Shown in pieces: positions 30,124 through 42,505 of a stretch of 56,130 nucleotides of DNA. The DNA is from Methanocellales archaeon (GTDB lineage: Archaea; Halobacteriota; UBA148). Made by a program: the position numbers and the translations under genes. The stretch spans positions 1-56,130 of the forward strand of contig JASEEV010000006.1 of assembly GCA_030019435.1 (NCBI GenBank), given 5' to 3'. Positions within the stretch are counted from its first letter, which is position 1. The number at the start of each line of letters is the position of its first letter. Under the pieces are notes generated by a model. The model did no database searches. It saw only the letters and a list, made by a program, of their open reading frames with translations, and was not told the DNA's origin.

Positions 30124-31325
30124 TCTTCTACCCGGTATGGTAATCTTTCTTCTTCAATTGCATTTCTAATATCGCCGAAATAATTCTCTCTGTATTGGGG
30201 GTCTCTCCATGTGCATGTTTCGGGCTTTTTCCTAAACAAGGGATGTCTTCTTATTTTTTTCCAAGCACTCTTCAAGCTTAGATCACGCACATTTCCAAAG
30301 GAGAGGGGAATGTGTAAGCATGGCATCACCTCGCCGATTGGCGATATCCACATCCACCTTCTTCCCGCAAAGCATCCCATGATATTTGGGTCTCTATAGG
30401 AGTAAGAAGAAGATACCCTGGGACCGCTTTTCCTCTTATTTGCCTCATTTTGAAATTCAGCTAACCTCTCGTAATCTTCCCTCTTTAAGAGGTTGTCATC
30501 CCTATATTCCCATCTTCCTCCAGGGACCACCTCATCGATCAAAATCTCATGTACGCCAAGAGAACTGCAATGTTTGTATAAATCCTCTAACCTCTCAAAA
30601 TCGGAGTCATATGGGGTGGCTGTGTATTCGACTATTCCTATCAGTCCTTCTTCAACACCATACTTGACTCCTGTAGAGGCTTTTTCAAAAGTCCCTTCAA
30701 CCCCTCTGAACTCATCATGTTCTTCTTGATAAGGACTATCGAGGCTAACATGTAGGTATACAAGTCCAGCATTCTTCAGCTTCCGTACGTATTCTTTTGT
30801 CAGGCGGAGCCCGTTCGTTATCAGGTGAGTGGAAGCCATGTTCGCATCAACATGCTCGATCAAATCGAATATGTCATCCCGAAGCGTCGGTTCTCCTCCC
30901 TCGAAGCTTACATGGTAAGCTCCGAGTTCAAGGGCCTGATCTATCACATAGTAAAGCTCCTTAGTGGAGAGTTCGGGCTCTCCCTCTATCCCATACACTA
31001 TACAGTGCTTGCATTTGCATTGGCATTTGCCCGTGGTTAACAACATTAAGCTCTCCGGTATGGATTTGCGCAAAAGGAGGCGTTTTATCTGGGCCTTTAC
31101 AAGCCTATTAAAAGGTCCACTAGGGGCGGGCGGCATTAAATTGGATATTACGACATCTTCTTCTCGAACAGCTGCTACCTTTTCCAGTGCTGCATGCGCG
31201 TTAAACCCTTCGGCAATATGTTCTACCAATTTTGAGAGTGCTCCTCTTGTCCTCATCTGGGCGCTTCTGCCATCTACATCAAAAAGAATCTCAAAGCCGG
31301 GACCTTTGTAAATCGATAATTCCAA
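30120..31325 (-). CDS. Radical SAM protein with Twitch/SPASM-like C-terminus (paralogue 3)
   Basis: CQCKCKHC, EGGEPTLR, GCFAGRR..GEVMPC..FGNV; N-terminal SNLMPPAPSGPF. Confidence 0.92.
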   Translation of the reverse strand: MELSIYKGPGFEILFDVDGRSAQMRTRGALSKLVEHIAEGFNAHAALEKVAAVREEDVVISNLMPPAPSGPFNRLVKAQIKRLLLRKSIPESLMLLTTGKCQCKCKHCIVYGIEGEPELSTKELYYVIDQALELGAYHVSFEGGEPTLRDDIFDLIEHVDANMASTHLITNGLRLTKEYVRKLKNAGLVYLHVSLDSPYQEEHDEFRGVEGTFEKASTGVKYGVEEGLIGIVEYTATPYDSDFERLEDLYKHCSSLGVHEILIDEVVPGGRWEYRDDNLLKREDYERLAEFQNEANKRKSGPRVSSSYSYRDPNIMGCFAGRRWMWISPIGEVMPCLHIPLSFGNVRDLSLKSAWKKIRRHPLFRKKPETCTWRDPQYRENYFGDIRNAIEEERLPYRVEE

Positions 31326-31347
31326 AGTGAATCCTCCTGTTATTCTG

Positions 31348-32274
31348 TTATATGGAAATGATAATATTGTAAGCTGCAGCTATGTTGATTATGACGAGCA
31401 TTATGGTGTAGTTTATAACGCCAACATGTGTCAGCTTTATATGGGCTTTATGCTCATCCGGGTGATTATAGGCATGGGAAAGCGCTCTAATTTTAAAGAT
31501 AGCCAACCCAAGGTATAGCATTAAGAATGTCCAGTTCAAGGTAAAGGTTTGCCAGAGCACTATGAGCCATAAGTATTCAAATATACTCATCACAACCGTG
31601 AATGATATCGTTCCCTTTGGCGTTAGCGGTGTAAAGCGCATCGAATCTTTATCATGGTAGGCCAAGCAGCCCATTATAACTGCCAGAGAAACTACGAAAG
31701 TCTCCCATGAAAGTATTCTTTCTGGGGCAACCATGGCGATGCCGCCCAGGACTATAAGCCCACTCAGGGAGCGGTAAATGCGTCTTTGAAGTTCTGTCAG
31801 CCTTTTCAAAGGTGGGCTTGCGGAGTAGGTTAACCCCCAGATGAGCATTAGGACTGCCACCAAAAAGCAGGTTGGATTGAATATGAAGAGGGCGACTAGT
31901 AGGCAGAATATCGTCTCAACTACCATGAAGAAGATGACGGTTTTTGGTGAGAGAAGCCCAGTTACCAGTGGGAGAGTTGAGTTTGGCGGACCAAGGCGTT
32001 CATCTTCTCCTGTCCACCAGTCATATAACATGTCTGCTTGGGAAATCACTCTTGTAAACAAGCCTGCTGCGAAGAGACCTAAAATAAGCTTCCATGGAGG
32101 GAGGAGGGGAGCTCCCAGTGCCATCAATAAAAGTGCTCCAGTAGCAGCGCACAAAGCACCCCAAGGAAGCCATAGTACTCGATGAACGCAAAGGATTGCA
32201 AGAATTTTAGCCTTTAATCCTTTACCTGTTGGTCCAGCTACGCCAAATCCTATGTCTAAGAGAGATGACTCCAT
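31348..32274 (-). CDS. UbiA-family prenyltransferase (divergent)
   Basis: Multi-TM protein with DMLYDWWTGED..LPLVTGLLSP (NDxxDxxxD-like), YSASPPLK (YS.PP.K) and YHDKDS as a second acidic motif. Confidence 0.75.
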   Translation of the reverse strand: MESSLLDIGFGVAGPTGKGLKAKILAILCVHRVLWLPWGALCAATGALLLMALGAPLLPPWKLILGLFAAGLFTRVISQADMLYDWWTGEDERLGPPNSTLPLVTGLLSPKTVIFFMVVETIFCLLVALFIFNPTCFLVAVLMLIWGLTYSASPPLKRLTELQRRIYRSLSGLIVLGGIAMVAPERILSWETFVVSLAVIMGCLAYHDKDSMRFTPLTPKGTISFTVVMSIFEYLWLIVLWQTFTLNWTFLMLYLGLAIFKIRALSHAYNHPDEHKAHIKLTHVGVINYTIMLVIINIAAAYNIIISI

Positions 32275-32279
32275 AACGA

Positions 32280-33161
32280 CTATCCCGATTCAGCTTTCGC
32301 TTTTTTGAGTAGCTCAAAATTACAAAAATCTTTGGGTATCGTTTTGATATAACCCAACTCTTTCATCAGTCCTGCAACTCGCATCATTATATCTATGCTG
32401 CCAGTTATGTCAATACGTGGTTGATTGTATCTTAGGGCCTCTCTTATAATCTCAGCGGAGATTCCGATGTATCTAGAACTGATTTTTGCAGCCTCTTCTG
32501 GCTCTTTATTGCAAAATTCGTCTGCTTTTAAGATTGCTTTTATAAACTTTAACGCCACATCGGAATGGTCTTGAAGAAAATCATCAGTGGTAGTAATGCT
32601 ACAACCTGGTGCTTTTGGAAGGACATCCTTACCTCTGGCGATTATCTTCCCTATCCCTAGTTCAACTGCCATTGTAGCGTAGGGCTCTACATTGGTTGTA
32701 GCATCTACCCTGCCGCTTAGCAGGGCAAGCATGGCTGCATCCCCACTTGGAAGCCGTAGAATCTCTGTGTTTTCTGGAGTTATATCATATTTTTTGAACA
32801 AAGCTTGAGATGTCAAGTCCTTCATACCACCTGCAGCTGGAAGCGAAATTCTTTTTCCCTTGAGCTCGGAAAGGCCGTCTATCTTTGCATCTCTTCGAAC
32901 TACCGTAGCTGGCTCTTCATAGCCTGAGCCAGCGATTACGACCAAGTTATCTCCCTTATCTCTCGCGCTCACTGTCCGCGTCCAGGGAAGAATGCCAAAA
33001 GAAATCTCACCAGAAATAAGTTTATTGGGCAATAGCCAAGCTGTTGGGTCAATGGAATATGAGACATCCAAACCCAGCTCTTTGAAAAACCCCCTCTCGT
33101 ATGCTATATATGCAGGCATCTGGCATATGCCCCTAATAAGCCCTATATTAATTTTTGACAA
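32280..33161 (-). CDS. NMT1/THI5/SsuA-like substrate-binding-fold protein lacking a signal peptide
   Basis: PAYIAYERGFFKELGLDV, ELKGKRI, LLSGRVDA..EPY; the sequence starts directly at the mature fold; no permease or ATPase gene adjacent. Confidence 0.85.
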   Translation of the reverse strand: MSKINIGLIRGICQMPAYIAYERGFFKELGLDVSYSIDPTAWLLPNKLISGEISFGILPWTRTVSARDKGDNLVVIAGSGYEEPATVVRRDAKIDGLSELKGKRISLPAAGGMKDLTSQALFKKYDITPENTEILRLPSGDAAMLALLSGRVDATTNVEPYATMAVELGIGKIIARGKDVLPKAPGCSITTTDDFLQDHSDVALKFIKAILKADEFCNKEPEEAAKISSRYIGISAEIIREALRYNQPRIDITGSIDIMMRVAGLMKELGYIKTIPKDFCNFELLKKAKAESG

Positions 33162-33275
33162 AGTGGTATCCTCCTTTAACTAAATGATTAGAATCAGTTA
33201 GAGATTTTGCTTTAAAAATCTACTGGTATGGGCAAAAGCTTATTTTAATACGATACATTGAATACATACCATCAC

Positions 33276-33349
33276 GGCCGGGGTGGGGTAGTTGGCTATC
33301 CTTTGGGACTGTGGATCCCACGACCCGGGTTCAAATCTCGGCCCCGGCC
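33276..33349 (+). tRNA. tRNA-His(GTG), G-1 encoded
   Basis: G-GCCGGGG/CCCCGGC-C, anticodon arm TGGGA-CTGTGGA-TCCCA, TTCAAAT. Confidence 0.95.
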
Positions 33350-33371
33350 TGTCTCATAGGACTTGATATAA

Positions 33372-34252
33372 GTGATTGACTTAGTAGTCAGCACCCTACT
33401 CTGGACGTGGAAGTTCACAAAAGAAGCCTCGCCTTGGTTACTGCTTGGCTTCCTGTTCGCAGGGATACTAAAAGCATTTGTTCCTTCTGAGTTCATTTTG
33501 AGATACTTAGGTCAAAGAAGCCTTCGTTCTATCCTAACAGCGACTTTGGTTGGAATTCCCTTGCCATTGGTCTATACAAGTCTGGAGCCTCAAGAGCAGC
33601 AACGCTTGCCTTTTTCATAGCCACGCCTGCGACGACCATCACCGCAATCCTAATCGCCATAGGAATGCTAGGATGGAAATTCACCGTGGCAATGATTCTG
33701 ACATGCTTTGGAGTCGCTTTGTTAACGGGATTGTTGTCTTTTATGGTAAAAGAGCGCGTAAAGCAAATGAAAGTGGAAAAAGAAGCCCACAGGCTAAGAG
33801 AGGTCTTTTCTTGTGAAGAGTGTGGAGATGTGTTCAAAGGGAGATTAAAATTTTCTTTTAGGTATGGGTTTATCGATATGGTCGAGGATATTGGATTGTA
33901 TGTAATTTTAGGGCTCATAATAGCGGGAATCATCGCTGCTCTAGCCCCAGGAGTGGTCATTGAGCGATATCTTGGGAGTGGGATAATTGCCTTGGTCATA
34001 ATGGTCTTGATCGCGACGCCGATGTATATTTGCTCAACCGGCTCCATTCCATTCATAACTGCTTTGATCGCGAAAGGGATGAATCCTTGCGTAGGATTGG
34101 TGTTTTTGGTCGTCGGTCCAGCAACCAACCTATCTACGATCTTCGCTATTGCGAAATCAATGGGTAAGAGAACTGCTTTGCTTTATGTCAGCTCTATAGT
34201 CATCTTCTCGATCCTAATCGCTTATTCCCTTGGTCTAGTGGGATGGATATGA
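33372..34252 (+). pseudogene. ArsP/DUF318-type (SO_0444-like) metal permease, split by a frameshift
   Basis: Frame 1: EASPWLLLGFLFAG..GIPLPL. Frame 2 continues LAIGLYKSGAS..FFIATP..PMYICSTGSIP..GPATN. The CSC motif is missing at the junction (~33558-33569). Confidence 0.8.
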
Positions 34253-34331
34253 TAAAGACGATCTGTGCTTTAGTATTGCTTGGCTTGGTGACGTATACAC
34301 TTGGAAAAAAGTTTCAGCTAAGCTAAGGGCT

Positions 34332-34448
34332 GTGAAGTGTACGTCTTGTGGGAGACCAATCGTCGAGCCCATCAAAAGAGAAGTACAGGGAAAAGAAATG
34401 GTTTTTTGCTGTGAACACTGTGCAGAGGCGTATATAGGCATTTGCTAA
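34332..34448 (+). CDS. 38-aa TRASH/YHS-type metal-binding micro-protein
   Basis: GTG start; MKCTSCGRPIVEPIKREVQGKEMVFCCEHCAEAYIGIC (CxxC...FCCxxC). Confidence 0.7.
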   Translation: MKCTSCGRPIVEPIKREVQGKEMVFCCEHCAEAYIGIC

Positions 34449-34507
34449 AATTTCCTCACCGCAAGTTTTTTTTTACCGATAACTAACATTCCCTTATCAA
34501 CGAGAAT

Positions 34508-36565
34508 ATGAGAAAGATCATAGCGGCTTTTATGGTGCTGGCGTTCATAACCAGCTTATTCCTCGTGAGCGCATCAGCTCGTCCTGCTAACATCGAAAAG
34601 GTGCCAGTCATAATCGGATTTAAAGATAGACCCGATCCAGCTCTAATACGAGCACATGGTGGAGACATAAAATACAAGTATCATGTGATACCAGCGATAG
34701 CGGCTTCGATGTCTCCGCAAGCTTGTGATGCAATGATGAAAAACAAAAACGTGGCATACATCGAGCCAGATCATGAGGTGCATGCATTACAGCAAACACT
34801 TCCATGGGGTGTGGATCGAATAGATGCGAACTTGGTTTGGAGTTATAACAAAGGTACTGGTGTTAAAGTTGCGATCATCGACACTGGGATAGATTACACG
34901 CATCCGGACTTAGATGCCAACTATAGAGGCGGATATGATTTTGTGAACGATGATGCCGATCCAAAGGATGACAATGGGCATGGCACGCATTGCGCAGGTA
35001 TCGTTGTGGCAGAGGACAATGATATTGGTGTTGTCGGTGTAGCACCAGAAGCATCATTGTATGCGGTTAAAGTTCTCGATAGACTTGGGTCCGGTTGGCT
35101 TAGCGATGTCATTGCAGGGATACAATGGTCAGTTGACAACGATATGGACGTAGTATCAATGAGTCTGGGCACGTCCACTTATTCAGCAAGCCTGGAAACT
35201 GCATGCAATAACGCCTATAATGCCGGTCTCGTTCTAGTTGCAGCGGCTGGTAATAGTGGGGATGGGAATCCGGCTACAAATGAATACTCATATCCCGCCG
35301 CATACGGTTCGGTCATTGCAGTTGGCGCGACAGACATAAATAATGTAGCGCCTTCTTGGAGCAACTCAGGTCCATATCTGGAATTAGCGGCACCAGGCGT
35401 AAGCATATACTCAACCCTGCCAACGTACAGGGTTACCTTGACCAGAACATATGGGTATAACTATGGAACTTTGAGTGGAACTTCAATGGCATGTCCGCAT
35501 GCTGCTGGAGTGGCAGCCCTCGTGATGGCCTCTGATCCAACGTTAACAAACACAGATGTAAGATCGCGTTTGCAAACGACCGCTGATGATCTAGGACCAG
35601 TGGGATGGGATTCTGTGTATGGGAGTGGTCTAGTTGATGCTGATGAAGCTGCTCCGGGTGTGGACACAATCCCACCAACGATATCTGATATAACACCTGC
35701 TGACGGAGCATTCGTAAACACAGGAACTCCAACGATTTCTGCTACCGTGACGGATGCGAGTGGCATCGATGCGACCTCTATTGTCATGATGGTAGATGGG
35801 GCGACGGTTGCTCATACTTATGACAGTGCAACTGGTCTGGTGTCTTATGTATCAGCTACACCTTTGGTAGAGGGACTCCATACGGCGACTCTAGATGTAT
35901 CAGATACGGTGGGCAATCTTGCCACTGCCAGTTGGTCCTTCACCGTGGACACCACACCTCCAGCCCAAGTCACTGGTTTAGTAGTCACTACGGTCAGTAG
36001 CAGCCAGCTGGACCTTTCGTGGTATGCCAATACTGAAACGGATCTTGACCACTACAATGTGTACAGAAGCACCACGTCTGGTGGCCCGTATGACTTGGTC
36101 GCATCGCCCACCACGAATTCGTACTCAGACACTGGATTGGTATCTTCAACAACTTACTATTACACGGTAACAGCGGTTGACACGGCAGGAAATAAGGGGA
36201 TACCATCAGAGGAAGCATCCGGAACGACGAGTGAAGCACCTGCTAACCTCATGCACGTAGCAAGCATTGACATGTGGTACACGAGGGTGGGACGGAACTA
36301 CAAAATATACACTAAGGTAATGATAGTTGACTCAGGCGACCTTGCTGTTGAGGGTGCTACAGTTTACCTTGAGATGGCTTTACCAAACGGTGCCACAGCC
36401 AGTGGCAGTGGCGACACAGGTGCTGATGGAACGGTGACCTTCGTGTACGGTCCGACGCGGACGATAGGCACATACACCTCAACGGTAACCGATGTGGTAA
36501 AGCTCGATTGGACCTACGATTCCACTAAAAACGTGGAGACTAGTGAGAAGTTAGTGGTACCATAG
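34508..36565 (+). CDS. Secreted S8 subtilisin-like protease with prodomain, Ig-like and FN3 domains
   Basis: Signal peptide; VAIIDTG, HGTHCAG, GTSMACPH catalytic triad; C-terminal YYYTVTAVD (FN3). Confidence 0.95.
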   Translation: MRKIIAAFMVLAFITSLFLVSASARPANIEKVPVIIGFKDRPDPALIRAHGGDIKYKYHVIPAIAASMSPQACDAMMKNKNVAYIEPDHEVHALQQTLPWGVDRIDANLVWSYNKGTGVKVAIIDTGIDYTHPDLDANYRGGYDFVNDDADPKDDNGHGTHCAGIVVAEDNDIGVVGVAPEASLYAVKVLDRLGSGWLSDVIAGIQWSVDNDMDVVSMSLGTSTYSASLETACNNAYNAGLVLVAAAGNSGDGNPATNEYSYPAAYGSVIAVGATDINNVAPSWSNSGPYLELAAPGVSIYSTLPTYRVTLTRTYGYNYGTLSGTSMACPHAAGVAALVMASDPTLTNTDVRSRLQTTADDLGPVGWDSVYGSGLVDADEAAPGVDTIPPTISDITPADGAFVNTGTPTISATVTDASGIDATSIVMMVDGATVAHTYDSATGLVSYVSATPLVEGLHTATLDVSDTVGNLATASWSFTVDTTPPAQVTGLVVTTVSSSQLDLSWYANTETDLDHYNVYRSTTSGGPYDLVASPTTNSYSDTGLVSSTTYYYTVTAVDTAGNKGIPSEEASGTTSEAPANLMHVASIDMWYTRVGRNYKIYTKVMIVDSGDLAVEGATVYLEMALPNGATASGSGDTGADGTVTFVYGPTRTIGTYTSTVTDVVKLDWTYDSTKNVETSEKLVVP

Positions 36566-36610
36566 GAAAATAGGGCCCCCATCTATTCTATTCTGTGTTG
36601 TAAGCACCAT

Positions 36611-36710
36611 AACCCTTAAATACTGACAGACATATCTAGGTGGGCACTCAATAAAAGATGCCCTGCATGCCTGCAGATATCCGATTTCTAAGGCACAACT
36701 CTTATATATC
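36611..36710 (+). promoter_or_regulatory. Two tandem TATA-box candidates of the rRNA operon
   Basis: CTTAAATA (36615-36622) and CTTATATA (36701-36708) upstream of the 16S processing stem. Confidence 0.5.
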
Positions 36711-36837
36711 ATCGAAACCATACTGTATAACTGGACGTAAGGATTATTTCAGATGGAGGCGTGAGCTATTTCACGTCTGACATTCGCCCTAACAGTTCGG
36801 TCATTCCGATCAGTGCGTTTAAACACCAAAAATTCCA

Positions 36838-38309
<1,472 letters not shown>

Positions 38310-38446
38310 AACGAAATACAGCCGATCGGAGCCGAAAAACTGCTAGGGTAGGCATGATAATACGAGATTCGTTGGGACCCCGGGGGAGCTTCTAACGCCC
38401 GAAATGTATATAATCTATTGGGTGTAACGAGATAGGTCGCTATGTG

Positions 38447-38558
38447 GGGCTCGTAGCTCAGTTGGAAGAGCGCTGCCTTTGCATCCGAGGGGCTTCGCCC
38501 CATTCGAACCCCAAGGCGAAATAGGCAGAGGCCCTGGGTTCAAATCCCAGCGAGTCCA
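38447..38558 (+). tRNA. tRNA-Ala(TGC) with 39-nt intron at 37/38 (38484-38522)
   Basis: GGGCTCG/CGAGTCC acceptor, CTGCC-TTTGCA|intron|A-GGCAG; BHB central helix TTTG/CGAA. Confidence 0.92.
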
Positions 38559-38561
38559 TTT

Positions 38562-38664
38562 CAAACCCCTTTAGAAAGGTGTTTGATCCCCAAAACCTTT
38601 TAGGAAAAGGTTTGATCCAAAAAGTAATATTTGGGGGAGTCAAGAGGGGGCAGAGCCCCCTTTG
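38562..38664. repeat. Three hairpin repeat units in the 16S-23S spacer
   Basis: CAAACCCCTTTAGAAAGGTGTTTGATCC, AAACCTTTTAGGAAAAGGTTTGATCCAAAAAG, GGGGGAGTCAAGAGGGGGCAGAGCCCCCTTTG. Confidence 0.75.
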
Positions 38665-38780
38665 TAGATGCACTCGGTGAGAGAAATCTCGTCGGGGAAG
38701 GGTGGATAGCGTTAATCAGCTAAATGAGACCGCGTATAAGTTTGCGACCCGGACGCTCACTGAGTTCAGTGAAGCGGATT

Positions 38781-41770
<2,990 letters not shown>

Positions 41771-41828
41771 TTGCTGAGCTGAGTTCAGGCGATATCTGGG
41801 TCGCAAACTTATACGCGGTTTTCAAAGC

Positions 41829-41854
41829 GGGTTTCAAGAGGGCGTAGCCCTTTG
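41829..41854. repeat. Hairpin repeat unit immediately before tRNA-Cys
   Basis: GGGTTTCAAGAGGGCGTAGCCCTTTG, same family as 38633-38664 and 40352-40380. Confidence 0.75.
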
Positions 41855-41856
41855 AT

Positions 41857-41977
41857 GCCAAGGTGGCGGAATGGCTAACGCAGCCGCCTGCAGATGAAAA
41901 AGGAAAAAGGTCATCGGAAAACTACGTTTTCCTCGGTGGAGAGCGGCTTTTTGCCGGTTCAATTCCGGTCCTTGGCT
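41857..41977 (+). tRNA. tRNA-Cys(GCA) with 48-nt intron at 37/38 (41894-41941)
   Basis: GCCAAGG/CCTTGGC acceptor, GCCGC-CTGCAG|intron|A-GCGGC, U73 discriminator; BHB helix CTGC/GTGG. Confidence 0.9.
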
Positions 41978-41983
41978 TGCGAC

Positions 41984-42053
41984 TACTTCCGAAGGAAGTA
42001 GGAGTGCTGCAACGAAGTTGCAGCTAGGAGATTCTGAGCGAAGAATCGAGGAG
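41984..42053. repeat. Run of three GAA-loop hairpins between tRNA-Cys and 5S
   Basis: CTACTTCC-GAA-GGAAGTAG, GCTGCAAC-GAA-GTTGCAGC, GAGATTCTGAGCGAAGAATCGAGGAG. Confidence 0.75.
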
Positions 42054-42077
42054 ACGATAGTCATTACGTTCATAAGT

Positions 42078-42206
42078 TGAGCATAGCGGCCATGGCGACG
42101 GGGAAACTCCTGGTCCCATCTCGAACCCAGAAGATAAGACCGTCCACGTTCTATGCTGTACTGAGGTGCGCGAGCCCTTGGGAACCATAGGTCGCTGCTA
42201 TGCTCA
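42078..42206 (+). rRNA. rrf: 5S rRNA
   Basis: TAGCGGCCAT..CCCATCTCGAACCCAGAAGATAAG..GGGAACCATAGGTCGCTGCTA; terminal stem TGAGCATAGC/GCTATGCTCA. Confidence 0.96.
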
Positions 42207-42413
42207 CCTGTTTTATTTTGGGGTTGAGTAGCATTCGAGATATTGTCGATGGCGGCTGGCTCACCTAAGGGTTTTGTTTGTTATGAAAGATAAAAAAACT
42301 TGAATATTTAAATGGACTTGGACAGGAAAGTTGGGAGTTATGTGGAATGCTGGCAGGAGGATGGTTTCTTATATCTAAAAAGGAAATCGAATAAAATGAT
42401 CTATTTAAGTGCC

Positions 42414-42505
42414 AGCCCTTGGGAACCTAGATTGCGAGCGTAGCGAGTAATCGAGGATAAGAAAATCTTTGATTTTCGACCATAGATCGCTGCTATGCTC
42501 ACCTG
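42414..42505 (+). repeat. Second copy of the 5S rRNA 3' end interrupted by a 51-nt hairpin element
   Basis: AGCCCTTGGGAACC[42428-42478]ACCATAGATCGCTGCTATGCTCACCTG versus 42173-42210: one mismatch, and ACC is duplicated. Confidence 0.85.

Noticed and set aside
25544-31325. RiPP (peptide-modifying rSAM/SPASM) cluster
   Set aside because: No precursor peptide ORF, peptidase or exporter is seen in the tightly packed cluster, and the UbiA and GGR partners point to isoprenoid chemistry. It is not fully excluded if a precursor lies elsewhere.
24321-33349. tRNA-anchored integrative island carrying the rSAM cluster
   Set aside because: No integrase and no duplicated 3' end of either tRNA was found in the window; tRNA flanking alone is insufficient.
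34243-34326. Short hydrophobic ORF MIKTICALVLLGLVTYTLGKKFQLS
   Set aside because: Too short to support; may be a detached C-terminal helix of the broken permease.
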